DNA of 63,481 nucleotides, counting the filler, from Globobulimina sp. (Eukaryota): assembly GCA_003354225.1 (NCBI GenBank). It is 18 parts of 18 records of this genome, joined end to end, with 100 filler letters (N's around TTAATTAATTAA, not from the genome) between each part and the next. Parts side by side here need not be neighbours in the genome. Positions count along the whole stretch, not along the records: positions 45,933 to 49,362 come from PIVH01002815.1; positions 49,463 to 52,892 come from PIVH01002816.1; positions 52,993 to 56,422 come from PIVH01002817.1; positions 56,523 to 59,952 come from PIVH01002818.1; 14 more parts are not named here. One strand, written 5' to 3'. This document shows positions 47,535-60,052 of this stretch, piece after piece. Made by a program: the position numbers and the translations under genes. Below the pieces are notes generated by a model. It had not been told where the DNA came from. It saw nothing but the letters and a program-made list of their open reading frames with translations, and made no database searches. Numbering within the stretch: the first letter of the stretch is position 1; each line of letters opens with the position of its first letter.

Positions 47535-48083
47535 TTGCGCATGCACACCGTCATGAACTCCGTACATAGACAGCAGAGTTCGTTAATATCAAAGTACTAT
47601 CATGTATCGTTGATATTTCTCATCTGGTTTACAGCTGAACATATTCCTGTAATTATATATTCTGTTGATTTTGGAACAGCTTCAATGACAACATACATTT
47701 TTCCCGTGTTAATGATATTATTGATGGCCGATCAATATTTAATTCATTCATATTGTTTGGCGCAAAACAAAATTAATTTAGAAACATATGGAAAACATAA
47801 TAAAATATGGTTAAAAATGGTTATATTGGTTGCAATGCTAAATTGGAGTATTTGTGCGTATTTTGCATTCTATGATATGCCAATTGTAATGTTTAACAAT
47901 GGCTATTATGCAGATAATACATATTTGTTGGGACTTGTTTGTATTTGGATTGCAGAAATAATGACGTTAATTAGTTTGCTATTTCTGTGTTGGATCATGT
48001 ATTTTCAAATTAAACTGCATAAAATGTGGTGCAGTGATATCACGGAGGCGTCGCATAAAACAGATCCTCTCTTTACAATGTAA
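47535..48083 (+). CDS. Small 4-TM hypothetical protein
   Basis: ORF with four hydrophobic helices. Confidence 0.6.
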   Translation: MRMHTVMNSVHRQQSSLISKYYHVSLIFLIWFTAEHIPVIIYSVDFGTASMTTYIFPVLMILLMADQYLIHSYCLAQNKINLETYGKHNKIWLKMVILVAMLNWSICAYFAFYDMPIVMFNNGYYADNTYLLGLVCIWIAEIMTLISLLFLCWIMYFQIKLHKMWCSDITEASHKTDPLFTM

Positions 48084-48413
48084 CGTGATTTTGTTGTCAA
48101 TTTATTGATGTTTTCTTGATTACGGTTAGGTGGACGATCTTGTTGTTTTCAATGTTATTTTGGTTCATTTTAAACAAAAACAAACTTGCGTTTTCAGATT
48201 AAGCACTAACGAACAAAATAATATTTTAGTATTTTATATACAACTGAGGCCATTAAAACAAAAATAACAACAAAAAAAAGACAACGGCATTCTATTTGTT
48301 CTTGTTTGACAATATATAAAAACGTTTCTTTTCGTCAACAAAAATAAATAGCAAAACATAAGGACAGTAATAAATATACAAATTTATTATTTATGGAGTG
48401 TAAATATACAAAT

Positions 48414-49362
48414 TTATGGGGTTACTGTTTCAAAGTCTGTTTGTTTAGTAACAGTATCTTTGTTTGATGAAAATTGGTGTGAATTGGTATTAGTTGCAAC
48501 GACTACGTGTTTTGCGTCATTTTGCAATGCTACTTCAGCTCCTAAACGGGATTCAATTTCTCTCTCTTTGACACAGATACAGCATATTTTTGTCACCAAA
48601 TAGTCGTTCCATTTATACATTAACACAATGGATAGTGTGGACACATTGATATCGGCGCCGATGAATAGCTGTTCCATGGAAAACATGGCAATTAATATCA
48701 TGGCAAAGAGCGTGGTCGAAACTGCCACCACCGACAAAGTGCATTGTTTAATTGCGACTCGCTTCAATTGCTTGATGTGGTTATTTTCATTGGTTGGGCC
48801 CACAATGGCTGCTGATAATTTTGCCACTGGTTTAATAAATAAATATAAGTTCACAACGCAAGCTACCACATCCAACAAAGCCATGGCCATTAATGTCGGT
48901 CGAAACACGTCCGTATGGCATTTGGGAACTTTATTTTCGTCAAATTCTACAGTCACTGTAAACATAATCAATATCACATTTAATAAGGACCAAAATATAA
49001 TAATTGATATCCATACTTTCATTCCTGTGGTATTAATAATTTTGTACTGGGTGTCACCAAATGCTTCATGTACCCGATGGACTAAAATTAAATATAATAA
49101 ACATTTATAGGCAATGTATGATGGTATGGCGACATATTTGCTGTAACCGCAGAATGATGGAGTGTGGAAATCGTCAAATATTTCGATTGTTAGGTTGAAT
49201 ATGGTATATATTGCAAAAAATATTAATCCCATTGGTAAATACACCTTGCGAGTACAGTTTATGAACGAGTGTTTTTTGCTTGTAATGATATGATAAGTTG
49301 AGATAATCAAAATTGAAACACAAGATAAAGCCGCAAATACTTTGCAAACAGTGGAATATGTC
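48414..49362 (-). CDS. 7TM/GPCR-like membrane protein, 5' truncated
   Basis: About seven hydrophobic helices, Cys before TM3 and in the second extracellular loop, S/T-rich tail. Confidence 0.65.
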
Positions 49363-49462
49363 NNNNNNNNNNNNNNNNNNNNNNNNNNNNNNNNNNNNNN
49401 NNNNNNTTAATTAATTAANNNNNNNNNNNNNNNNNNNNNNNNNNNNNNNNNNNNNNNNNNNN

Positions 49463-49785
49463 TAACTAATTTTATTTAATGTTTCAGTCTCAGAATGTTT
49501 TGTCATTAAATGAATATAATCTGACAAACACATTAAATATGAATTACTGCAAAACTCAATCAATATTTGCTGCGCATTCAAGTCACTCTCTTTCGCACAT
49601 AATAACTGATAATATCGCAAACAATATGCAATTCGTAATAAATGATCGCAATTCTTTATAATTTCACCCTCTTTCTCGTTATCATCAATATTACAGTTTG
49701 TTGTGTCTGTTTTGAATATTTGAAAATCAGGCTTCTCTGTTTTAGTCACTGTGGCGTCGGCTTTTATTGTTTCTTTGTTTGCCAT
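49463..49785 (-). CDS. N-terminus of a lineage-expanded hypothetical protein, 3' truncated
   Basis: NC...NCDHLLRIAYCLRYY...DYIHLMTKH. Confidence 0.55.
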
Positions 49786-50369
49786 TTTAAAAAGAAAATC
49801 CTCGCTTTTTCTGTACAAAAAATCAAATGCTGTGAACCAAAGCTTTGATATATTACACATTGTTTTGTATTTATTTTGAACAATGTGTGCGTTCTAATAA
49901 TGTGTGTGCGTTATATATTTTCTTCGTGTGCAGGTCAATTGTTATTTGTGTGCGCGATATATTTTTATCAGTAAATTGTTTCTTTCTTATTATAGATTTG
50001 TTTTTTGCAATTTGATTCATGCTAAAAATATAACCGCACACCGCCCGCACACTAAATAAGTATAACCCGCACACACGAAATATATACACCACACAAAGTT
50101 TTCTTGTAAGTGAAAAAAAAATATGTAATAATTAATTATTTTGGGCTGAGTTTATTAATGGATCTTAAAACCCGCATTTTTTGTTTTTTAGTGAACATGT
50201 TCTTTGCATATTGGCTACCTCAAAAAACGAAAATTGCATTATACGCATTCATATCACTCACAAATAATATCAACAAACAACCATAATATCAATGAGTGGA
50301 GGAATGGATATATGGGATTTCGTAAAATAAGAAATGAGCGATATGATGTTTGTAATTATAATATTTGGT

Positions 50370-50789
50370 TTAAGCTAACCAATATTGCATGGTTTCAAAC
50401 TCAAAAAATATGAAATACATCAATATTAACTGTGTGTTGTCGTGGTGTGCTACGGCTAAATTAATCAAAGTATTCTGATCGATATTGCTTACAACATCAT
50501 CTATTTTACTGTTGATGTGTTTTTGTTGTTGTGTTGTTATTTTATTTCCACTCATAGTGCCATCCATAATTGCTTTAACAACATCATATATTTTCTCACC
50601 GCCGGCACATTCCTCGCGAAAAAAGTCAACCAACAGAGATTGTTCTCGATCGGATATGTCTTCTTTGATGGATTCAATGTCATAACCTTCATCATCCACT
50701 TCGTCTTGAAATTTGTCAAGATCTTCACCTGAGACACCCATTAATTTCATGCGTCGTTTTAACTCATCAATGTCAGTTGGGATTGACAT
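50370..50789 (-). CDS. Acidic hypothetical protein (3' structure uncertain)
   Basis: ATG-initiated ORF with FQDEVDDEGYDIESIKEDI. Confidence 0.5.
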   Translation of the reverse strand: MSIPTDIDELKRRMKLMGVSGEDLDKFQDEVDDEGYDIESIKEDISDREQSLLVDFFREECAGGEKIYDVVKAIMDGTMSGNKITTQQQKHINSKIDDVVSNIDQNTLINLAVAHHDNTQLILMYFIFFEFETMQYWLA

Positions 50790-51181
50790 GATGTTTGCTT
50801 ATTTAGTTTGTGTGTTAGATGGAGTGACTTCGTTGTAAAAAGACTATGAGATGAGGATCTTACGAGGTTCAGAGTGAAGGATGGAAGTAAAATATATTAA
50901 TTATGGCATTATGCATAGCAAACTTATTAATTCATGCAAACAGTTATTTCAACTCATTTTGAGAAAAAATACCTGTATCCATATAAGAAGTATATTTTTA
51001 AAATCAGAAACTCCGATATAATAATTATATCTAAATCCACGTCAACTACATGAATAAATTAGGATATACATCCAAAAACTCCACACTTTATACTTTCACA
51101 GAAACGTCATCCAACCGTTGTCTTCTGATATTCTGATTACTGATATGTTGCAATTGATGCACTTTTAATACAACAAAAATC

Positions 51182-52558
51182 ATGGCACAAACTGAATTAA
51201 CTGACACGCAATTCATAGCCGATACAACTTCAACAAAGACACGTACAAACCGTAATATACAAACATCACAACCTCCACAATCACAATCACAATCACAATC
51301 ACACTGCACCGAAGCAAACAATATCAACAATATACCGCACTCATACTCACTCACATCATTATCCTCCATCTCATCGAACTCTTCTTCCTTCCACAATCAC
51401 TGCACAAACGACAACGAAATCTACGAAAATGTGAGCCACGAATGCTACGCACAAAAAATACTCATAAACGCCACACCTTCACCTAAACGACAATCGCCCT
51501 CCGCCTCTCCATCCGCCTCACAACGCAACAATCACAACACCAAACCGTCGATACTGTCCACCCTCACCACGCTGCATACAAATAATTTAACCACGCGGCC
51601 ATTATCCCCCTCGCCACACGAGCCGCACTCTCAAATCCAACATCAAAATGTGGCCAGAAAACATCTGAAACACGAAAACAATTCCAATGTAGACCGCCGT
51701 CGCACACGTTCGCGTTCTTCAATTTCTTCACTTCGCCGCTCGATATGGTCCAAATACAAACAAATCAATAACTATATAAACCCACATAGTAATAATGCGC
51801 ACTCCGCAGAGACAGAGGCAGAGCAAAAAAAGGTGGACGAATCCTGCAACAATGCAATAAATGACATTATCCACTCACAGGCTTTCATGGATGGTGCGTT
51901 TACAATGTATCATAAATTGGATAGTACCTTAACGAACATTAATAATCTCAAACAAGCACAATTAAAAGAAATGCAATCATTCGCCGACAAAAGGAAAGAA
52001 CATACACGTAATATATCACAAAATGAGCATGCACAGCAACCTGACACTCCTGACTCGAATGAGGAGAAACAGGCTCATCCACAGACGCATGCCCATAATG
52101 TGGATGTGAACGGACATATAAGTGAGGTGATGCAGACATTGATAGCCTCCACTACGGAAATGGGCGCTTTCTTCACCAATTCCAATGGCATTGCCTCGCC
52201 AAATGATAATGGCGATGGTGATGGCGGACCGTCATTGATAGGGAGTTTATTGGATCGGTTGTCGTCATCCATAGCGTATATGTCTTATATATCCGTGTCT
52301 ACAGTCACGCCTTTCCTGTATAATATGGTGGAGGCGGTGTTGCTTGAATTGTATTCGACGATTAATGATATCATCGAGTATTATGACCCAGATCCGAAGA
52401 ATAATATTTTATGGCGGCTTATTAATAAAATGAATGAGATTATTGAAGCCATTCGTGGCTTATTGGCATTATCGGATTGTTTTTATGAAATATCGTCTGA
52501 TAATGATGAGCGTGGCGAGTCTTCGTATTCATTTTTTAAAAAAGAAAAGCAAGATTGA
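51182..52558 (+). CDS. Low-complexity S/N/H-rich hypothetical protein (458 aa)
   Basis: Complete ATG-to-stop ORF. Confidence 0.75.
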   Translation: MAQTELTDTQFIADTTSTKTRTNRNIQTSQPPQSQSQSQSHCTEANNINNIPHSYSLTSLSSISSNSSSFHNHCTNDNEIYENVSHECYAQKILINATPSPKRQSPSASPSASQRNNHNTKPSILSTLTTLHTNNLTTRPLSPSPHEPHSQIQHQNVARKHLKHENNSNVDRRRTRSRSSISSLRRSIWSKYKQINNYINPHSNNAHSAETEAEQKKVDESCNNAINDIIHSQAFMDGAFTMYHKLDSTLTNINNLKQAQLKEMQSFADKRKEHTRNISQNEHAQQPDTPDSNEEKQAHPQTHAHNVDVNGHISEVMQTLIASTTEMGAFFTNSNGIASPNDNGDGDGGPSLIGSLLDRLSSSIAYMSYISVSTVTPFLYNMVEAVLLELYSTINDIIEYYDPDPKNNILWRLINKMNEIIEAIRGLLALSDCFYEISSDNDERGESSYSFFKKEKQD

Positions 52559-52992
52559 TGCACTGTACATGTAGTCTTTTTTAGTTATATATTTTTTGAT
52601 ATATTGTTTGTAACTTTATGTTTTTTTTTGGATGACACGTATTGACACCTTTTTTATAATGAAATTATTTATTGTATGTTACTGTGAAATGCATTGAATT
52701 GCTCGTTTTTTTTAATTTAAATTTTTTAGTTTGTAAATTAAAGTGCCCACAATTTGTCCATTTTAATGTAATTCAATTGCAAATTAAAAAAACCGGAAGG
52801 AAAATAGGTTATAATTTGCTTTATATAAAAGTTTGCAAGAAGTAAGAATAAGAAATAATAATTTAATTTAATTATATTACAGGGTCAATTACNNNNNNNN
52901 NNNNNNNNNNNNNNNNNNNNNNNNNNNNNNNNNNNNTTAATTAATTAANNNNNNNNNNNNNNNNNNNNNNNNNNNNNNNNNNNNNNNNNNNN

Positions 52993-55900
52993 ATCAAATA
53001 CATATATCTCAATTGATCAATGTGGTGCAAGTTACATTGCAAACCAATGAGAAACGGAGAAATAGAACATATGTAATATCTGCTACGTTCCATTCAGGTT
53101 TATCGGCACCGGAATATCATAAAAAATGGATGAACACATTTTCGTTAATCAAGAAACAATTTATTGGTGTATTAGCATGTACCTTTGCTTCAGATAATGC
53201 AACAGCAACAAGGAAGGCTGAGAAATCTTTGATGGCAGATTCTATGGATGATATTAATTGTGGTGCTACAATGCCTTGTGTCCCAGTAAGATGTGCCAAT
53301 AACCAATTGATATTTGGTTTTGATCAAAGGCATAATATAAAATCTTCATTTGGTGTGATGAATAAGCGGGGATCAAAAATGTACAAATACACCATAAGCA
53401 ATGATTTTGTCCGGCGATGCGGCAATAAATTAGAAATATGGAATGATATTCATATTTTGGCTGATAAAACACAATTTAGTTATTTATTTAGGTGTGTTAT
53501 TTATTCATAATAATAACATACAAACAGTGTTTGTTATCTCTAAGTTGTTTTATGATGTTACCATTCAGTCATTGAACAGCTTACAAAAACTTAGTGAAGT
53601 TGAAAATGACGGCTGTGTCAAACAAACTGTTTGTATGTATGTTGTGTAACATTATTGTTTGCTTTCATTTTGTGTTTAGTTGTTATGCCAAAGATCCAAT
53701 GAATGTACCAAATCCGCTGAAATTTTATAAAGTTTGTATGACAATGATCCAACCAATATATATTGAGAAATTGAAACAGTTATTGACTGATGTTGATGCA
53801 AAGAGATTGGGTGAATTTATTGTATACACTGAAATTCAAAATGCTTATATCGCGACATTATTTGATAGAGAAGCGACATGGGATGATATATTGATGAATT
53901 TTGAAGTCAGTGCGTTTGGAATGCAATTATTTTTCAATAGAAATGGAAATAAATATGAAACATCAGAGAATTTCTTTGCAAAGCAACAAACAGCAAAAGG
54001 AATATACCAATTCATTTATTCATTATTGATGAATCCTAAATTCACGAAATATATCTCTGAATTTAAGGTGTTTTTGCTTCATTTACAAAGCCAAAGTCTG
54101 GAGAATTTATTCGGTCGCATGCGAGCAATACATAATGGAACAATAACAGCATCCGTTGTGCGGGATTTATTAAAGAAACAAGATATTGTACAAGCTTGTT
54201 TAAATGAGATGCCTCAGTATGAAACGAGAAATTATAGATTGTCTGGATTGGAGAGAATAAATGAAGACACAGTCAAAGCACAAACTCTGGTGAATGTAGA
54301 TCCTGCAAATGCATATAAAGCAGGGCTAAACAAGGTGTGTTATGATGTTACCATTCAGTCATTGAACAACTTACTAAAACTTAGTGACAAGTGAACATCA
54401 AAAACGATGGCTATCATCAGACTGTTTGTGTGTTGTGTGACAATATAGTTTGCTTTCTTTTTGTATGATATGTTTGTATGTTTTTGTGTGTAATAAGGTG
54501 AGGGAATTAATCAAGAAACATATTCCTGAAATGTACGTTGAGTGCGTTAGATTTTTTGCATTGGAATTACATTGGTTAGAAACAGAGAAAAGAGATTATG
54601 AGATTGGAATTGGCAACGCAATTAATGATAATTCTGATGATAATTCGGATGATGATGATATTGATTTGGATTCCATTGCAATTTGTTCCATTGTAACATC
54701 ACAAATAGATATTTGTATGAAAGAACGTGATGTGTATAATCAAATTGGTATTGATATGCGCGCATCAATGAATTTGCCAAATGCCACAACCACATCATTT
54801 GAACAAGATAATAAATTATCAATGATCAAGACTGATAATGGTTTAATGTCAATACAAAAATATTTTAATATAAATTATAATTATCAAATGAATCAAGGGT
54901 TCAGTGGACAGAAATTAAGTAAAGACAGATTGTCTGGAGTTGCGGGGAAATTATCAATAAGGAAAGGAGTGAGTGCGATTGCACCACATTCAATTTATTC
55001 AGATCGCGATTGTTTAGAATTAAATACATTATTCATCGAATCTGATTTTATATTGTTTGTTGTGGAGGGAAAACAACATTTTATTGGTTTTCCGATGAGG
55101 GCATATACAAATATTGAACCAAATGATAATAACCATAATAACCATAATAACCAATCCAATGACGCAACGATGCGGTATTTAACATTAACAGTAAATGAGA
55201 TGAATAATAAACAAATTTTAGTCGATATTCTTCCCGTTAAATTATCAAAAGTCAAGAATTATGATGATTGGTTCAAAGCGAATAAAGAAGATTTTTGTAA
55301 AATATATTCAGAAACAGAAAGAAAAAACTATCAATATACAGTGAATAAAGTGTCAATAACGCATTGTGTAAGAATTGAACACAAAATTAATGAAATGAAT
55401 ATTGTTTTTTTTTGTAAGAAAATGATTGAGAGTGCCATTCAATCATTACGTAATGTTACCGATCAATGCCTCAAAATTTCAAATCCAAACATTATAAATT
55501 ATCGCATTGATAGTTTATTATCCAAAGAGACAAAAGAGAGCAAAGAAAAAGAAGATGATGAAAATGAAAAACAAAAACGAAAACGAAGCAAGAAAAAACA
55601 GTGTGGTAAGCAAGAAATGGACAATGACAGCACTGAAAGCAATAAAAAGAGTTTAATCAAATTATCCAATTCAACAACATTACCATGCATTCTATGTGAT
55701 GATCATCGCTATATTTTAGCAAAAGATATTTTATGGCATAATTCATCCCATTTTATTAACAAAGATCCAAATACTAATCAATATAATATAGTAATTCCAA
55801 TACCAACACATCGATATGAATTCAAACAAACTGAGATGGATATTATAGAAATATCTGACACTGAACGCCATGAATTAGGGCAATATATATGTTGTATTTG

Positions 55901-56369
55901 TCTCAGTGGAGATTGTGAGAGGTCACATGATGACAAATGGGCAAAGTCGGAATGTCCATTATTTAATAAATTTGGTATCAAACATGCCAGAAAAGGCACA
56001 GCATCAATCCCAACAACTAACATCATGGAACAATGTGAAATCCCGCAATGTGGAAAATATGTATTTAAATATTTGATGGTAAAACATTATAACACGGAAC
56101 ATCCATCATCAACAGTCCCTGAATCATTGATTGTTACACAAACAGAAATGCAACAAGTACATGAATTATTTAATAAATTAAAAAAACAGAAAAAAATAAA
56201 ACAAAAACATGGAAAAGAATATGAATTGTTAGTGCCATATCGCGGTGCTAACAACACACACAACAAAGCAAGACAAGTCGCAGCAGATCGATATGGTTCA
56301 AGGAAAAGAAAGAGAGATGAAAGTGATCATAATGGTGAACCAAATAAAAAGAAAAGAAGACTTGAATAA
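52993..56369 (+). mobile_element. P-element/THAP9-superfamily-like DDE transposase gene, 5' truncated; introns 53492-53679 and 54335-54497
   Basis: Ordered motifs ASDNA..TR, FDQRHNIK (DxxH), DPMNV and QSQSLENLFGRMR; C-terminal Cys/His clusters (CILC..H..H, CCIC..C, PTTN..C...C...FKY...H....HP) and a bipartite NLS. Both introns splice in frame. Confidence 0.75.
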
Positions 56370-56522
56370 TCATAATAAAAGCAATTGACATCTCGTAAAT
56401 ATTTCTTGCAAAAAAAAGTTTTNNNNNNNNNNNNNNNNNNNNNNNNNNNNNNNNNNNNNNNNNNNNTTAATTAATTAANNNNNNNNNNNNNNNNNNNNNN
56501 NNNNNNNNNNNNNNNNNNNNNN

Positions 56523-57607
56523 TTTGTTATTTAATTAAATTATGGATGAAATATATTGGGAAACATATTGATATTATTCGCTTAGATATAAAATTAAAAT
56601 ATTGCACAGACTGCAATGTAAAACGGCAGATTTATAATTTAACGAAAAGAATAAGTGCGCAAACAAGCTATAATAAGCAAAGTAGTGCAGATCTTTTAGT
56701 ATCAATGGAATCAAATAATTATCAAGAAACGCAAAATGAAGTAAATGAATTTAAATTTGATATTTCGTTTGAAATAACCATGGAAATATTTATGCAAATC
56801 ACATATTATTCATTTTATAGAGATTATTCATTCATATTTGCTCATCCCACATGGACACAATTTATAATATTCAAAATAATACATTTAGTCAGCATTTTTG
56901 TGCTATATTTTATTAGAATTATGCCAAAATATTATAAATGCACTGCAAATATTGTCAACAAAACACATCCAATCAAAAGAAAGTCTAAATCACCGAAAAA
57001 ACCAAATGTATTTTTGTCGCCAACATTAACGCCGGAAATCAGCCATTCGTTGAATGATTTGCATGCAATGAACAGTGCGGAGGAAGAGAAAGGAAATGAG
57101 GCTCATTTAAATAAACAAGTAAGTGCTTATTACACTGATCCAGACATACAACATATAACTGCATTGGATAATATTTTTGATTTTTATAATCGAGAAAATA
57201 AGATTGAAATGAAATCGTCTCAAACAAAAAGATCTGTGTTTGACCATACTGCAAATATTACATTTGATACATATTATGATTGGAGAAATAGGATCTGCAT
57301 TGATTGTATTCTAAGATGTTTTGTTATGATATTTAGTGCATTCACCTCGTATTGTAATGTTGCTATTTATTATAAAACTGGAAAATTTGATTCAAAACAG
57401 TTTGTAATTTCTACATATTATTTTATAATATCATTACTATCAGAATTAGCTTTATATGTCAGTCTATATTTATTTATGCTTAAAAACACCTCAAAAACAA
57501 ATGATTCTTTCAATATATTTCAACCGTTTGCTCGTTTATATGCAAAATCTACACATCCTCACCATTATGCTCTTTTGTTTGTTGTTTGTGCATTGTGGCT
57601 GTATTAA
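56523..57607 (+). CDS. Multi-pass hypothetical membrane protein, 5' truncated
   Basis: 353+ aa ORF with several TM helices and a long hydrophilic loop. Confidence 0.65.
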
Positions 57608-57713
57608 TCAGATTAATATAAGAGACATTTTTGATACATATTGCGCATCTTTCCCGCCTGCTAAATTATCGTTTGCTAAGATTAAAACACTCAAAACTTC
57701 TTATGTGGCAGAC

Positions 57714-59480
57714 TTATAATTGAAAAAACACATTACGAAAAGAGTAATTTAAAAATGATAATATTGTTTTATCCGCAAAATTATCCGCAGAGCTGAGTCT
57801 GACTCTGATTCCAAACATAGTTTCAAATCTTAACCCAATTTGTATAAATATAACAGCCAATATAGATAATACCATCAGTGTAGCTCTTTTACTATGTGTT
57901 TTCTGCCAAACTTTTAATGAAACATAAACACATAACACAACAATGGCAGTGAATATTAATAATTTGCAGTCATAACTCAATCCAAAACCAGAATAAAATA
58001 TAATTGCTAGAACCACAGCAAATGTAGTATCAATATTTAAATGCATATGAATATTAGTACTGGCTTTCACTTTATTTTTGTTATCAAACAACAAAATAAA
58101 TGGCGCCAAACTTGCTAAAAAAGTCAAAATCCTCGGAATCAGCAATGTGTAACTTAACACATAAAAATGCAAATTCATAACCACATTCACTATAAAAAAC
58201 ATCCATGGCCGTTTTTTTGATGCAAAAATCATCCCAATTGATACAATCAATGCACATCCATATGAAACACCAAACATTTCAAACAAAAATGAAATAAATG
58301 CGTTTGGTTCTAAAAATGTAAAATATAAAAACACATTGCAAATAACATACAATGTGACGCAATGAATACATATATGCATAATCTTTGTTGTCGGTAAGTT
58401 CTCCCATTGCGATTTACTTAAAGTTAACCAATAAATTGACCGTGTTACCTGTACCGAAGCAACTAAACTTGTGCCCAACCTCAACGTTGTTGTGATAATC
58501 CACAATAAAACATTTGACGGAGCAATCCAGGATAACGACTGCAATGTATCTATATCAATAATATAAATATAAGCAAAGCATGCTTTCAGCAATGAATAAG
58601 CGATGGGCACATGGATTAAAATGGATTGTTTCATATCCGTTTTGATGGCGAATGATAAACAAAACAGTGAAATCACACAATATGGCACAGCAATCCATGA
58701 TGAATAATAAATACATAATTGCAATAAGAACCAATTTATGGCGATATTTGTGACAATAAATGCAATGTATCGATCAGTATCTTGTTGGAGCAAATATAAT
58801 ATCACGTTACCATACTCCACAAATATATTATTGTTATTATTCTCTGTCACTGTTCTCCAATGAATACTGATCTGTGGCTTGAATACATCAATAAATAAAA
58901 ATAAAGGAAATGACCAACAAAATGCATTTAAACCGGATAGTAAGCAGACAGTGCATAGTATTGCATTATGGTTATATTTATAAGCAGTCAGAAACATAGA
59001 CAGCCAATATATTATTGATAAATATATGCATCGACAATCGCCATACTCACACGATTTGGATAGGAAACGGGTTAAATTATTTATTTTATCAGATTTCAAG
59101 GAAAATAAAGCTAATACCATTAGTAACATATATAATGTCGCTGTGAATAGAGCCAATATTCCAATAAATTCCGTTTGAAATAGAAATGTGTAAATAAATG
59201 GTGTGAGCATTGAGGTTAAACACAATAAGATGACATACATAAATATTTTATTAGGTATCATTTTAAAAAAATAAATATCCCATCGATCAATGGAAACAGT
59301 ATTGCCATTATTGATGCTCTCAGCGGATTTTGTGAGAGCAGTATGTGTTTGCTGCAATAAACCATAACCGTTTAAAAGCTTTGGATGAAATAAATAAATA
59401 AATAAAGATATTGTCGGCATATTACAACAGCAAACATATAAAATAGCTGCTAATATTCTTGATGACATTGTGTGTGACAA
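57714..59480 (-). CDS. Highly hydrophobic multi-pass membrane protein (588+ aa)
   Basis: Long ORF with more than 12 hydrophobic segments; start codon uncertain. Confidence 0.7.
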   Translation of the reverse strand: MSHTMSSRILAAILYVCCCNMPTISLFIYLFHPKLLNGYGLLQQTHTALTKSAESINNGNTVSIDRWDIYFFKMIPNKIFMYVILLCLTSMLTPFIYTFLFQTEFIGILALFTATLYMLLMVLALFSLKSDKINNLTRFLSKSCEYGDCRCIYLSIIYWLSMFLTAYKYNHNAILCTVCLLSGLNAFCWSFPLFLFIDVFKPQISIHWRTVTENNNNNIFVEYGNVILYLLQQDTDRYIAFIVTNIAINWFLLQLCIYYSSWIAVPYCVISLFCLSFAIKTDMKQSILIHVPIAYSLLKACFAYIYIIDIDTLQSLSWIAPSNVLLWIITTTLRLGTSLVASVQVTRSIYWLTLSKSQWENLPTTKIMHICIHCVTLYVICNVFLYFTFLEPNAFISFLFEMFGVSYGCALIVSIGMIFASKKRPWMFFIVNVVMNLHFYVLSYTLLIPRILTFLASLAPFILLFDNKNKVKASTNIHMHLNIDTTFAVVLAIIFYSGFGLSYDCKLLIFTAIVVLCVYVSLKVWQKTHSKRATLMVLSILAVIFIQIGLRFETMFGIRVRLSSADNFADKTILSFLNYSFRNVFFQL

Positions 59481-59539
59481 TAGATCGGCGATGATGTGGT
59501 AAATATAATGATAAATACATGTAAGAGCAATTTGAATGT

Positions 59540-59952
59540 ATGGCGAATCATTCCGGAACCAAAATATTGTTCCTCATCCTTTTTGTGGTTCGCCCAGCAA
59601 AAATCAAAGATTGTTCTTCTACGAATTGCGTGATTCTGGATGATGCAGACATTGCCATTTTGCTAGCGCTGAATCAATCAATCTTGAACCAATATCAAAT
59701 TGAACATTTACACAGGTATTATTATCATAGAATCCCTATAACTGAACCTAAAATTGAAAATAATTATAATGCAACACCCGCTCCATCTGCCACCAATACA
59801 ACAGATGACACACATCCACGGACAGACGATTTAGATGACAATATTACGGCTTATAACGTAGTAACAACATTTATGTCGACCGCTAACTTATTGTATCTGT
59901 GCGGTTGTTTAATTCTGACCATTGCCTATCTTGTTTTAATATTTTGGTTCCG
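59540..59952 (+). CDS. Secretory/membrane protein, 3' truncated
   Basis: Signal-like N-terminus, T-rich linker, TM at the contig edge. Confidence 0.5.
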
Positions 59953-60052
59953 NNNNNNNNNNNNNNNNNNNNNNNNNNNNNNNNNNNNNNNNNNNNTTAA
60001 TTAATTAANNNNNNNNNNNNNNNNNNNNNNNNNNNNNNNNNNNNNNNNNNNN

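Noticed and set aside
56370-56422. Terminal inverted repeat of the P-like element
   Set aside because: Only 53 bp follow the stop and the other end is missing, so no TIR can be supported.
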